DNA from: an uncultured virus (IMG/VR IMGVR_UViG_3300021364_000011)
Lineage: Duplodnaviria > Heunggongvirae > Uroviricota > Caudoviricetes
IMG/VR virus record: IMGVR_UViG_3300021364_000011
Reading direction: 5' to 3' (one strand)
Length of the DNA: 64,000 nucleotides
Notes under the pieces: model-generated
Databases searched by the model: none
Told to the model about the DNA's origin: nothing
What the model saw: the letters and a program-made list of their open reading frames with translations, nothing else
Translations under genes and position numbers: made by a program
Shown here: positions 1 to 9,874 of the stretch, piece after piece
Layout: each line of letters begins with the position of its first letter
Position numbering within the stretch: the first letter of the stretch is position 1

Positions 1-59
1 TTTATGCCAACCTTCTTTGCAAAGACTTCGATTGGCATTTCTTTTGACATTTTCGCCAT
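1..59 (-). CDS. 5' end of a hypothetical protein running off the window (MAKMSKEMPIEVFAKKVGI...)
   Basis: ATG at 59 preceded by GAGG, directly after the stop of 63..1826. Confidence 0.5.
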   Translation of the reverse strand, partial: MAKMSKEMPIEVFAKKVGI

Positions 60-62
60 GAT

Positions 63-1826
63 TTACCTCGGCATTCCTTTTGCTACTTTACCTCTTCGCA
101 TCTTTTTCATGATGCTTCTTTCCATGTTTTCTTCGATTGCATCTTCCCAAATTTGACGATTACTCTCAGAAGACTCTTTCATGTCATCTAGTTTATCCTT
201 CAAATGACTAATTTCATAATAATGATTCATTCTTTGTGATGAATAATTATATTCTGCTCTTTCGTCACCGTTTTTCTGTGCTATTTTTATTTTATCACTT
301 AACTTTTGAGCAGCAGCTCTTTCTCTTTCAATTTTCTGTTTGATTTGTTCTCTTTTTCTTTTGAGTCGTTCTTTTTTTGGGTCTACATCTTCGTTGTGCA
401 TGGTGACATCTGACATACCGCCACCATCTAACATGTTCTTCTTAATTGACTTATCAAATATGTAATCGACAACTGCGGTGAAACCTCTCATGTCTGTATC
501 TGATACTGCAAACCCACCTGAAATCTTTTCTAGTTTTGCACCAACTTTCTTAGTGACTACTTTTAGATGTTTCTCTAAAGTCTTGTCTTTGATGTTTGTG
601 AATTTTAGTTTCTTCTCTTCTTCTAAGAATTCTACCTTTTGTTCTCCGATGAGTCTATATGTGTCCATTAGGTTAGTAGATTCCATTCTCATCTTATTGT
701 TCAATGCACCAATCAGTGATAATACTTTCTGTTGCATTTTCAATATAGATTCATAGTAAGAATTATACTTACCATCTGCTAATTCTTTGTCGCCCATTTT
801 TGCAATTTTGAAGTAATCTTTCTTCATCTTCTCTGCATCTTTTGATAACTTCTTAACTGCGTTTACTTCTTGTTGAGTGACTTCTTGTATGATTTCTTCT
901 TTTATACCTGCTTGTCTCATCATCTTCACTATATTTTTATCGGTTTGAAGTTTAACCTTAGTGTTATCTGCAAGTGCTTTTACCATAAGTTCAAAACCTT
1001 TAGGGTTTTGTTTCTGCATCCCTTTAGCAACTTGAATACCGGTCATGTTTAATAACTTTGCGACACCGTATTGAAACTCTTTGTCACCTTTAGTATTGAA
1101 TGCTTTATCAATCATATTCAAGGCAGAAGCTTCTTGTAGGTTTGCACCTTCAGGTGTGTAGTCCATGTTTAAAAGTTCTTTGACTTTACCGAATGCTTCT
1201 TTGTATCTTCTACCTGATTGAGTGTTCATAGTGTATAGTAATTCGATTACTTCGTCTTTCTCTTTATCAGAAAGTCTATTGATTATACTACCATACTTCT
1301 TGAATATATCTGAACCTTTACCTTCTTCTACTGACTCAACTGGCACTTCTTTGTAACCATCTGCTTTGTATTTCTTTATCTTATCTTCATTACCTTTTCT
1401 TCTCATACTGACACCATGAGTGCCGTGAGAATCGGTCTTTCTTAACTTGATGAAAAGATGTCTATCTTTTTTTGGTGTTGCAAACTGTTTGACTAAATCA
1501 TCTCTGCCATAAAATGAACCTTCTGAGATGTCATCGTATTCGTGTATTACACCTTCGTTTGCGTATTTTAATGCGAACTGAACTTCTTTTGATTTGAGAA
1601 CTTTATCTCCGTAGAACTTTTTAATTTCTTGAGCAGCAGTCGTCATTGCACCCTCTAAATCGAGTGCAACGGTTACTGCCTTTCTAATCGTAGCATCTTT
1701 AACTGGATTTCTTCTGAAATATGCGGAAATTTCTCTGCCAGTTAGTTTAGATTTACCGTGAGGACCAAGGGGGTTGACCTTACCGTCTTTATCTAAAACC
1801 TTTTTTGCTTCGTGAAATAAGTTCAT
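63..1826 (-). CDS. Hypothetical K/E-rich protein, probable virion internal/head protein
   Basis: 587-aa ORF; modular with many L/I-x-E junctions; in a late-promoter operon. Confidence 0.6.
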   Translation of the reverse strand: MNLFHEAKKVLDKDGKVNPLGPHGKSKLTGREISAYFRRNPVKDATIRKAVTVALDLEGAMTTAAQEIKKFYGDKVLKSKEVQFALKYANEGVIHEYDDISEGSFYGRDDLVKQFATPKKDRHLFIKLRKTDSHGTHGVSMRRKGNEDKIKKYKADGYKEVPVESVEEGKGSDIFKKYGSIINRLSDKEKDEVIELLYTMNTQSGRRYKEAFGKVKELLNMDYTPEGANLQEASALNMIDKAFNTKGDKEFQYGVAKLLNMTGIQVAKGMQKQNPKGFELMVKALADNTKVKLQTDKNIVKMMRQAGIKEEIIQEVTQQEVNAVKKLSKDAEKMKKDYFKIAKMGDKELADGKYNSYYESILKMQQKVLSLIGALNNKMRMESTNLMDTYRLIGEQKVEFLEEEKKLKFTNIKDKTLEKHLKVVTKKVGAKLEKISGGFAVSDTDMRGFTAVVDYIFDKSIKKNMLDGGGMSDVTMHNEDVDPKKERLKRKREQIKQKIERERAAAQKLSDKIKIAQKNGDERAEYNYSSQRMNHYYEISHLKDKLDDMKESSESNRQIWEDAIEENMERSIMKKMRRGKVAKGMPR

Positions 1827-1828
1827 AC

Positions 1829-2950
1829 TTACCCTCTTTGTCTTTCTTTGGGTGGTACTGCTTTTCTAGCGTCTGCTTTTGCCTTTGCAACAGTTGAATC
1901 TTTATAGAATTTTGCTTTTGAATTAAATTCTGCTCTGTATTTTTGAACAGCGTCAATTGCTCTTTCTTCTGCATCTTCATTAGGAGCAGTCGCTTCATCG
2001 TTGTATGCTTTGTTTAGTTTTTTTGCGATTTGAAGTAATGCGTTATAACCAACCTTTTCTTTGTTGTCTGAACCTGAATCTTTATTATCAGGTCCGTCAT
2101 CTTTTCCTACTGCCTTTCTGATACCTGAACTATCTTTTCCTGCATCAGGTATTCTGACATTACCAATGATTTCATTGATAAGTTCTATGTCATATTTTTC
2201 TAGAATCGGAAGTAAATCATTCATGAGTTCTTCTTTTTTCATGCCGGATTCGTCATCTTGCATCTTTCTGATTCTATCTTTCTTTCTCTGTTCTGCATCT
2301 TTAAGTTTTTGATTTGCATCTTTTACTGACTTCTGCATATCTTTTCTGACTTGATAGATAGATTTCTTTTCAGGTTTGCCAGACATCATGGTTGTTTCTT
2401 TGACATCTTTTTCTTTGATTTCTTTTTTCTTAGGGTCTTTTTCGAGTTCTTCAACTTCTTGCACATCGTATTTTCTACCTGCACAGACGAATGATTTTTC
2501 ACCCTTTTCTTTTGCTTGAGAAAGTGCGAGTGTAAATTTATTACCCTCTTTCTTCATTGCTTGTTTGATTGCGTTTCTTCTTTTGTGAAGATACTCATCT
2601 GAGGAATCTGTATCACCATCGTTGTCGATATCAGCATCTGCTTTTCCGACTGGATCCAATTTCTTTTCTTCGATTGTTTCTTCTTTAAGTTCTGGATGTG
2701 AATCTTCGATGTCGTCTGCTGACATGCCTCTCGCCATCATAAACTTTCTTAGACTTTTCTTGTCACCAACAACATGTGCTTCGTCATCACCTGGTTTAGG
2801 TTTTTGAAGTCTTACACCTGCTTTCTTAGCAAGAGGCATAAGTTTCTTCTCAGAACCAGGAACAATTTGCATTGCAACTTTAAGTTCTGATAACTCGATT
2901 ACATTTTTTGAGGCGTCAAGAATTGATTGTGATAATTCTTTGATTGACAT
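1829..2950 (-). CDS. Hypothetical K/E-rich protein with DxDxDGD (EF-hand-like) motif, probable head-associated
   Basis: 373-aa ORF; KLDPVGKADADIDNDGDTDSSDEYL motif typical of marine T4-like phages. Confidence 0.6.
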   Translation of the reverse strand: MSIKELSQSILDASKNVIELSELKVAMQIVPGSEKKLMPLAKKAGVRLQKPKPGDDEAHVVGDKKSLRKFMMARGMSADDIEDSHPELKEETIEEKKLDPVGKADADIDNDGDTDSSDEYLHKRRNAIKQAMKKEGNKFTLALSQAKEKGEKSFVCAGRKYDVQEVEELEKDPKKKEIKEKDVKETTMMSGKPEKKSIYQVRKDMQKSVKDANQKLKDAEQRKKDRIRKMQDDESGMKKEELMNDLLPILEKYDIELINEIIGNVRIPDAGKDSSGIRKAVGKDDGPDNKDSGSDNKEKVGYNALLQIAKKLNKAYNDEATAPNEDAEERAIDAVQKYRAEFNSKAKFYKDSTVAKAKADARKAVPPKERQRG

Positions 2951-3330
2951 TATAGTTCCCCTTTGTCAAAGTAAGTGAATAGTTTTTCCTTACCTTGTTC
3001 GTTAAGTCTTAGTGTTTTTGCTAGTCGACCTAGCATATTTCTTTCTGTTAATTTTTCAATGGACTTTTCAAGAGGTTGATTCTGTTCTGCGATTTGTTGT
3101 TCTACTTCTCTTAATTCACCCTGTAAACGAGCTCTTTTCTCTTCTAAAGTTTCTTCAACAACTTGTTCTGAATCAAAACTATTAAGTTCTTCTTCTATTT
3201 CACGATTAAGAATGTCATCAGCAGACTCTTCTACTTCGACTTCTTTTGTTTCTTCAACAATAGTTTTCTCTTCACTCTTGGTAAAGTTTCTGACTTCTGC
3301 TAACTTATCTTTCCAACTTTCTTGTGCCAT
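2950..3330 (-). CDS. Hypothetical acidic coiled-coil protein
   Basis: 126-aa ORF directly after late promoter TATAAATA. Confidence 0.6.
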   Translation of the reverse strand: MAQESWKDKLAEVRNFTKSEEKTIVEETKEVEVEESADDILNREIEEELNSFDSEQVVEETLEEKRARLQGELREVEQQIAEQNQPLEKSIEKLTERNMLGRLAKTLRLNEQGKEKLFTYFDKGEL

Positions 3331-3337
3331 AATACAT

Positions 3338-3345
3338 TATTTATA
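3338..3345 (-). promoter_or_regulatory. T4-type late promoter TATAAATA
   Basis: Exact gp55 consensus, 7 nt upstream of ATG 3330. Confidence 0.75.
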
Positions 3346-3622
3346 TGTTCTCGATTCTCACTACGAGATTATTGTTACCTTTTATCAGTCTATGATATGT
3401 TTCCTTAGGGATCCAATAGTCATGACCAACCCTCAATTCTTTGGGTAATTCATCATCCATTTGTAGTTTCCAATTATCACCACTAAGAATGTGAACTGTC
3501 CTGTTTTTCGTGTCACGATGCCAGACAAGTTCTTCATCATTTACATTCTCTTCGAATGTTCTGATTAGATATTCTCTCTCTGTTCCGTGTTGTATTTGTT
3601 TTGTTTCTTTATAAGGTTTCAC
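3341..3622 (-). CDS. Small cupin-like protein
   Basis: WHRD...H...W.LQ.D...IPK.TYHRLIKG pattern. Confidence 0.55.
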   Translation of the reverse strand: MKPYKETKQIQHGTEREYLIRTFEENVNDEELVWHRDTKNRTVHILSGDNWKLQMDDELPKELRVGHDYWIPKETYHRLIKGNNNLVVRIENI

Positions 3623-3637
3623 TTTATTATATAGTGA

Positions 3638-4177
3638 CTACCAATAGAAACTTCCTCCGCCTGATAAACCTAGTTGTTTTGCATATCGAGGAAGTCTACA
3701 TGACCAGTAACCTGGTGTAGTCTTATCATTTGCTGTATCACAATTATGTCGAGCAACATAAGATGCTCTCGCTTTAGGGTCGCTGAACTTAACAGATAGA
3801 CCTGATGTATCGCCGAATGTGACTTTCTTTACTTTATCACCATCTTTGACATAGACATAAAACTTTTTAGGACCACCTTTCTTAGGTTTCCCTATGGGTT
3901 TATCTTCTTCTTCGGTCATCTCCATCATAGGGCAGTCTAAAGGTACAAGATTACCCTCGTATACTTCATACTCTCCCAAATCAGTCTCTAATATATGACC
4001 ATCTATTTCTGTCAATCTATATTTGCGTTCTGCAACAAGTTTTCTTGCCTCTTTTATAACTTCAAAATACATCATTGAACCCAATCTAAAAGGATTGTCT
4101 AAGAGATTTGTGCCATTTTCTTGCATCTCTTTAAGTGTTTCATCTATTGCGATGTCTTTGAATGTTTGAATCTTCAT
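3638..4177 (-). CDS. Conserved marine phage hypothetical protein
   Basis: KKFYVYV..KKVTFGD..ARHNC..GYWSC motif; 179 aa. Confidence 0.6.
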   Translation of the reverse strand: MKIQTFKDIAIDETLKEMQENGTNLLDNPFRLGSMMYFEVIKEARKLVAERKYRLTEIDGHILETDLGEYEVYEGNLVPLDCPMMEMTEEEDKPIGKPKKGGPKKFYVYVKDGDKVKKVTFGDTSGLSVKFSDPKARASYVARHNCDTANDKTTPGYWSCRLPRYAKQLGLSGGGSFYW

Positions 4178-4587
4178 ACTTTTGTTTTTAATGGTATTGC
4201 TTTTGCGTTTGCTTTGTCTGTAGGTTTAGATTTACCTTTCGACATTTCTTTTTGTCTTACGACTTTCAATAACTTTTTGGCAATCTTTGATATAACTTTT
4301 GTCTTTTTATCGAGTATCTTTTCGAGTGCTTTCTTTTGACCCATACCCAAATCTGCTTTGTTTTTACCTTTGAGTATTCTACTTGCAAGTTTGTTTCTTG
4401 CTTGTTTTCTTGCCCTCTTCATTAACTTTTTAGGGTCGAGAATTTTTTTCTTCATCGCTTTCTTTCTTGCAAAGGCAATCTTAGCACGATTCTTTCTCAT
4501 TGCTCGTTTCTTTTTGATACGAGTTTGTATAGAATCTGCTTCTTGTAGCGTAGGTTCTTCTATAAATTCTCTAAATGATTTCATCAA
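4174..4587 (-). CDS. Highly basic protein with MKSF capsid-targeting-like N-terminus
   Basis: 137-aa ORF, K/R-rich; MKSFREFIEE. Confidence 0.6.
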   Translation of the reverse strand: MMKSFREFIEEPTLQEADSIQTRIKKKRAMRKNRAKIAFARKKAMKKKILDPKKLMKRARKQARNKLASRILKGKNKADLGMGQKKALEKILDKKTKVISKIAKKLLKVVRQKEMSKGKSKPTDKANAKAIPLKTKV

Positions 4588-4928
4588 TCTCTTTCCATAT
4601 CTATGACACCATCGTAATATCCTCTTTCGATACCACCAATGTAATTAAATATTGCCTGTTCAGCATCTCTTAGACTTTGATGTATTGCATGTGGGTTTCC
4701 TCTTTGAGCAGTTCCACCTGTTTCAGCAGTGTATTGCATATTATCTTGCATTTTTGCAATTTTAATAATTGCACTATGCATGGTCTTTAAAGCTTTGATT
4801 TCTTTGTTTTTATTAAACTCTTTACCTTCAAACTTTGTAGGTTTATAATTAGCAATTCTTGCTTCGTTTAAATTTTCGAGTTTTTCGTCTAGTTTCTCGT
4901 CTAGTTGATATTGTTTAAATGATTTCAT
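4584..4928 (-). CDS. Hypothetical protein with MKSF N-terminus
   Basis: 114-aa ORF, translationally coupled. Confidence 0.6.
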   Translation of the reverse strand: MKSFKQYQLDEKLDEKLENLNEARIANYKPTKFEGKEFNKNKEIKALKTMHSAIIKIAKMQDNMQYTAETGGTAQRGNPHAIHQSLRDAEQAIFNYIGGIERGYYDGVIDMERD

Positions 4929-5404
4929 TATGAGCCCCCTACTTTAGCGGCGAGGTCTTTATCTGCCCCACCCCATGTGCCTTTTGATTTAGTGACAAAG
5001 GAATTCACCCTTGCATAACCCCATTGTTGTGGGTTAGTGCCAGGTCTGTGACCTGTTCTCCAGGCGGCGACACCTCTTTTGAATACTTGTTTGAGTATTC
5101 CTAGTGGCATGCCAGATTTCTCTGCTTTCTTTTTTAATCCTTCGTCTGAGTCTTCTTCGATTTCTAGTTCTTCTTTTGCTTCGTTCAATGACTTATCAAA
5201 CACTTCTATCTCTTCATTGTAAGGATAACCTTCTAGTGGGTTGCCAAATACCTGTGAAAAATGTTTCTTTGCGTTTTCTGTTTGAACCTTTTGTGCGTCC
5301 TTAATGAACTTATCGACCTCTTGACCAGGTGTGTCTGTTTGATATGCTGTTCTCATTTCATCAGTTCCTAATTCGTGTGGTTTGTTACTAGAATTTCCGT
5401 TCAT
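4928..5404 (-). CDS. DUF5824-like protein
   Basis: LKKKAEKSG..ILKQVFKRGVAAW.TGHRPG.NPQQWGYARVNSF motif. Confidence 0.55.
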   Translation of the reverse strand: MNGNSSNKPHELGTDEMRTAYQTDTPGQEVDKFIKDAQKVQTENAKKHFSQVFGNPLEGYPYNEEIEVFDKSLNEAKEELEIEEDSDEGLKKKAEKSGMPLGILKQVFKRGVAAWRTGHRPGTNPQQWGYARVNSFVTKSKGTWGGADKDLAAKVGGS

Positions 5405-5408
5405 AAAT

Positions 5409-6104
5409 CTATTTATGTCTTACAAGGTGCTTATACCTCTTAACATTACCAGATATTCTAGGATTACATTCATTCAAATGTGTCGCATGTATATCCCAAT
5501 CCCATGCTATATCCATCGCCATAGAGATTCTAGGTTGAGGAGACTTGTTAAGTTTAACTTCATGTGAAACCATACTTCCAAGAACTTGTAATTGACCCTT
5601 AACATTCTGTAAAGGTTTGTATTTAAAATCTGTTTCACATGAGTTGAACCATGTATACGAAGGTTCTTCCCCCTGTATGAATACTGAACATGCATAAAAA
5701 TTTTCAGATATCATATCTTTAGTTTCTTCTTTTTGATGTTCTTCGGGGTCGAAGTGTTCATGTTTGTGCAATCTTTCCCCCTGTCTCAACACATTGAACC
5801 AGCAAGATGCGAATAGTTCTTCTCTTGTATTGAATTGAGGTAGATTCATTATACGATTTTCTATGTTGAATGCTTTGATTTCTGGATGATACAACCAGTT
5901 GTAGACTGTATGTTGAGCAGTAAGACCTGAATAACCTGAAGGGTCTTTTTTCTCTTTGATATTTGGATTGTGTATCTTTAGAATTTCTTTTTCATTACGA
6001 AGAACAATCTTTGCAATCTCATCGCATTCTTCTTCTGTAAAGAAATTATCATGAACGGTATGATAACCTAGATGATAACTTAAAGGTAAGTCACCTTTCA
6101 ACAT
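5409..6104 (-). CDS. Putative 2OG-Fe(II) oxygenase
   Basis: WFNV..GE.LHKHEH, HEV..N, PRISMAMDI: HxH...H...RxS pattern. Confidence 0.65.
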   Translation of the reverse strand: MLKGDLPLSYHLGYHTVHDNFFTEEECDEIAKIVLRNEKEILKIHNPNIKEKKDPSGYSGLTAQHTVYNWLYHPEIKAFNIENRIMNLPQFNTREELFASCWFNVLRQGERLHKHEHFDPEEHQKEETKDMISENFYACSVFIQGEEPSYTWFNSCETDFKYKPLQNVKGQLQVLGSMVSHEVKLNKSPQPRISMAMDIAWDWDIHATHLNECNPRISGNVKRYKHLVRHK

Positions 6105-6119
6105 AATATAACCTAAAAT

Positions 6120-6962
6120 TTATTTGTTTCTATTCTTATTTATTGATTGTCTTGCCAGTTGAGCTATTCTCTTTTGATGTGCTTTTTGTTTTGACTGTTC
6201 TTTCTTTCTTAATTTATCTGCAAGTCTTTCTTCACCCATAGCGAGTGTTGATAATTGATTGATAATAATTTGTAGTGTGCTTGGACTCATTGTCGATAAC
6301 ACTTGCATCTGTTGTTTAGTTAAACCTTTAACTTTTCTCAATGCTTTTTTGACATCTACTGCTTCTGTTAATTCGTCACCCATTTTTAGAAATAGAGTTC
6401 CTTTCTTTTGTTTCTTATCTGAAACAGTCATACCTGCCATTCTAGCAAACTGATTGATTAGACCAACACCATCAGAAGGTCTCTTAGAATACATGTTTTC
6501 CATTTTCTTTTGTAATTCTTTTGCAACTGTTTTTATGATTTGATGTGCAGGTGCAACCATTCTACCTTCTTCGACATAATACTTAGAATCTTCTGGATTA
6601 GGTAGAGTATCTTCTGGAACACAATTAGGAACCATTTTGTTTCCTTTCTTTTTCATACCAACTTTCTTATAACCATCCCAACATGCCTCATTTGCATCGT
6701 CTTCGCCAAACATCTTCTGATACTTCTTAGTATGTTTAGAAGGTTTAGTCTTTGCACCTGCATCACCTGGTGCTGGTTTGTATGCATTTGGGTTGTCATC
6801 ATCCATACTTGCACCCTTTTTAAAGTGTGCATCTCTAGCGCTCTTTTTATCTTTATCGACACCTTTGTAGTATTTCTTAGGTTGTGTTCCTTTCTTATCG
6901 TCTACATCGGGGTCTTGAGCGACTCTTCTAAGTTTTTCTCTGAGTTGTGTTAATCTATCCAT
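6120..6962 (-). CDS. Hypothetical modular protein, probable head-associated
   Basis: 280 aa; EACWDGY..GMKKK..VPNCV module common in marine T4-like phages. Confidence 0.6.
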   Translation of the reverse strand: MDRLTQLREKLRRVAQDPDVDDKKGTQPKKYYKGVDKDKKSARDAHFKKGASMDDDNPNAYKPAPGDAGAKTKPSKHTKKYQKMFGEDDANEACWDGYKKVGMKKKGNKMVPNCVPEDTLPNPEDSKYYVEEGRMVAPAHQIIKTVAKELQKKMENMYSKRPSDGVGLINQFARMAGMTVSDKKQKKGTLFLKMGDELTEAVDVKKALRKVKGLTKQQMQVLSTMSPSTLQIIINQLSTLAMGEERLADKLRKKEQSKQKAHQKRIAQLARQSINKNRNK

Positions 6963-8278
6963 GACTCTTTTAATTTAGTATTTCTTTTTGATTTATATAA
7001 TAGTTCTTGTTCTTTCCATTGAATCGCTTTTGTATTGCCAGGAAATTGTGAAGACCAAGACATAAGTTTTCCGTATAATCTATTTGCTTTATTATCTAGT
7101 TCTTTTATACCCTCGTCATTCTTAATCTCTACGAAATCTTTTCCGAATATCTTTTTATATTCGTTTGCGTTCTTTTGTGCTTTGTCCCAATCTTTCTGAA
7201 CAATTTGAGGTGGGAGTTTTCTTGTTCTCATCTCATTTCTTTTTTGTGCATTGTTCAATGATGCGTTAACGAAGACCATTTTGTATTCATACCCTATGTT
7301 ATCTAACATCTTCTTATACTTCTTAATCTTACTTGAATCAGCAGATGTTGTATCGAATATCAAACCTAATCTACCGTCTAAGTATGCATCTAAGTTCTTT
7401 GAGGTGATTGCTTTCGCCTTTGCACGAATTGGGTCAACTTTAGTAAAGTCTGCCTTTCTAAGGTCAAGTGTAAGACCTGCCTTCTTCAACCCATTCTCAA
7501 ATGCTTTATCAGTGTTGACCATTTTCAACCCTAATGCTGGCAGTGCAAGTTTCTTTACAACTGTAGATTTACCTGAACCTGGACCACCTGATAAGAATAC
7601 TGCTTTAAATACACCTGGGTCATATACACCCTCTGTAATTAAATCTTCTATCATGTAATCAGGTAGTTCACCCTCTTCCATGATACCCATTTCTTTACGA
7701 ACTATCTTGTATAGTTTTTCTGCATCTGTTTTATTCTTTGTAGGGACACCTGAGATAAACCCTTTCATGTCACCTTTCTCTGCAAATGCTCTCATCTTAC
7801 TTGCTGACATACCATCTACGCCATCTGATTCGGGGTCTCTCTCACCAGCACTGATAATTTCTATGTTATCGAACTTATAGAAACCATGTCTTGCTTTGAC
7901 TGAGTTGTATTTCTTAATGAGTGTATCGAATTCTCTGATTCTATCTGACCCAACAACCATTGCAATTTCTTTATATCCTTGTCTGTATAATTCATTACAG
8001 ATATCGAATACTGTTCTTGCATTAGCATTTGGCACTGCAACCTGTTTACCAAAAAACTTTTTAAGATACATTGTTTTTTGTTTGTGATTCAGTGGGTTCT
8101 TTTTCTTGTCGTTTGAATGTGATGTAAAGAGTAATGCATCACCCTTTAATTGTTTTGAAACTTTCTGTAGTCTGTTTACAAGTTTAGCATGACCTGTTGT
8201 AGGGGGATTGAAACGACCAAAAGTAAAGACTGCTTTTTTGCCCTTTGCTTCTGATAAAAATGCGTTAAATGATTTCAT
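6950..8278 (-). CDS. Cytidylyltransferase-like (HIGH-fold) nucleotidyltransferase fused to P-loop (zeta-toxin/PNK-like) kinase
   Basis: FGRFNPPTTGH, VVGSDR, MSASKMR; then GGPGSGKST and LIFDTT; start taken at MKSFNAF. Confidence 0.75.
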   Translation of the reverse strand: MKSFNAFLSEAKGKKAVFTFGRFNPPTTGHAKLVNRLQKVSKQLKGDALLFTSHSNDKKKNPLNHKQKTMYLKKFFGKQVAVPNANARTVFDICNELYRQGYKEIAMVVGSDRIREFDTLIKKYNSVKARHGFYKFDNIEIISAGERDPESDGVDGMSASKMRAFAEKGDMKGFISGVPTKNKTDAEKLYKIVRKEMGIMEEGELPDYMIEDLITEGVYDPGVFKAVFLSGGPGSGKSTVVKKLALPALGLKMVNTDKAFENGLKKAGLTLDLRKADFTKVDPIRAKAKAITSKNLDAYLDGRLGLIFDTTSADSSKIKKYKKMLDNIGYEYKMVFVNASLNNAQKRNEMRTRKLPPQIVQKDWDKAQKNANEYKKIFGKDFVEIKNDEGIKELDNKANRLYGKLMSWSSQFPGNTKAIQWKEQELLYKSKRNTKLKESWID

Positions 8279-9486
8279 TATTTGTCCCAATTCTTTGCTA
8301 CTGTAAAGTTATTTAGTGAAAACTCCATACGGTCTACGAGTTTAACTGCTTTACCTGTTTTATCAATCGCAACATAACCTTCTGGATTTACAGTCTTAAA
8401 TCCATTGTCTGTTTTTACAAATGTTCCGATTGCTTTTGTTCTATTTAAACCTTTGATAATTACTTGTTTTGCATCTACAAGATTAGTCTGAAATACACCC
8501 AATGCAGTAATCATCTTCTTCAAACCTCTTATTTCTCTGATTACTTGTTCTTTGAGTTGTCTCTTTTGTTCTTTAGTCTTTTCCATTTTAACTTTGGCGA
8601 TTACTTTATCATCAAAGTATTTACTGACATGATTGAGATACTCATTATATGAAGGATTGAATCGTGCATTTCTTACTAGACTGTTCATATAAGTCTTGTA
8701 GGTAGCACCTGGCGCTTTTGTAGATAACATTTCATTGACTTTTCTGAACTTAGTTAAATCATTTTTAGTTATTTGTCTGAATGTTTTACCGACTGTTGAT
8801 AATGATTTAGTCACTAACACAGTTTCTTTTGCAGTCAATGTAGAATTACCTGATACATCTTTATAAGTTGCATCGTCCATCCAAATATCTCTACTAGAAC
8901 CTAAACTTGAAATATCAGCACCAAAACTGGCGGACAAGTCGGCAATCGCACCACCAGTGTATGTGGTGTGCCAAACGATACCATACTTCGCCTGGTCGAT
9001 TGCTTGTCCTAATTGAGATGATGCCATAGCGGCATACATGATAGTGTTAGGTTGAAAAGTAATATAGTCAACACCACCTATCTTCTTTGATTTCTTATCT
9101 GATTCAGTGAACATCAAGTCACCTTGAAGTATCTTATCACCCCATGATAACTTTGATAGAAATCTATACGACTCTAAGAATTTCTTTTCTAAATCACCTG
9201 ATAGTTCTGATGCGTTCTTAATTTCTTGTTCTGAGGTGTAGAACAAAGGTTCTTTATTGAATAGTGATTTCTTTGCGACAAAGAATCTGCCGTCTTCTGG
9301 ATTCTTACCTGCCCATATAGCAGGTGCGCCATCCCATTTAACAGTCATGTTTACTTGTTTGGGTGAATTACCTTTCATCATATCTCTGAGAGATTGTAGA
9401 AAGTTTATAGATGCACGACCACCATCAATACCATTGTTGATGATTTCGTCTTCTAAGTGTTCTAAATGTAGATTTTTGACTGCCAT
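8278..9486 (-). CDS. DUF6267-like protein with ligase-type nucleotidyltransferase motifs
   Basis: HLEHLED, TVKWDGAP, QGDLMF, EGYV, KLVDR. Confidence 0.6.
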   Translation of the reverse strand: MAVKNLHLEHLEDEIINNGIDGGRASINFLQSLRDMMKGNSPKQVNMTVKWDGAPAIWAGKNPEDGRFFVAKKSLFNKEPLFYTSEQEIKNASELSGDLEKKFLESYRFLSKLSWGDKILQGDLMFTESDKKSKKIGGVDYITFQPNTIMYAAMASSQLGQAIDQAKYGIVWHTTYTGGAIADLSASFGADISSLGSSRDIWMDDATYKDVSGNSTLTAKETVLVTKSLSTVGKTFRQITKNDLTKFRKVNEMLSTKAPGATYKTYMNSLVRNARFNPSYNEYLNHVSKYFDDKVIAKVKMEKTKEQKRQLKEQVIREIRGLKKMITALGVFQTNLVDAKQVIIKGLNRTKAIGTFVKTDNGFKTVNPEGYVAIDKTGKAVKLVDRMEFSLNNFTVAKNWDK

Positions 9487-9503
9487 AACACTATTTATGT
9501 TTT

Positions 9504-9860
9504 TTACCAGTCTGCCTTATTGAATCTCTCCGTAAAGTATCTGAGGTCATTTTTACCTCTTTGTATATGCATATTGAGTTCTTCTAAAGTGATATCACCG
9601 TTTTGATATTTTGTAAGAGGATAACATTTGTAATCACGACATGCGCCAGGCCTATCACTATAGATAGTGCATCTACCATCATCGTTATTTAAAAACTGAC
9701 ACCCACCTTCATGGGGAAAGACCATCCATTTTCCGCCACTAGGACTAGTGGTTAATTCTATTGTTTGAATGATGTTTGAATCGTCTGGTCTGATTGCAAC
9801 TCTTAGACCTGGTTTTATACAACATAGATTACACTGAATACATATATCACTAGAGTTCAT
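9504..9860 (-). CDS. YkgJ-family (CxxCxxCC) Zn/Fe-S cluster protein
   Basis: CIQCNLCC...CQFL...CTIY..RP..CRDYKC. Confidence 0.75.
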   Translation of the reverse strand: MNSSDICIQCNLCCIKPGLRVAIRPDDSNIIQTIELTTSPSGGKWMVFPHEGGCQFLNNDDGRCTIYSDRPGACRDYKCYPLTKYQNGDITLEELNMHIQRGKNDLRYFTERFNKADW

Positions 9861-9874
9861 AATGAAAACACTAG

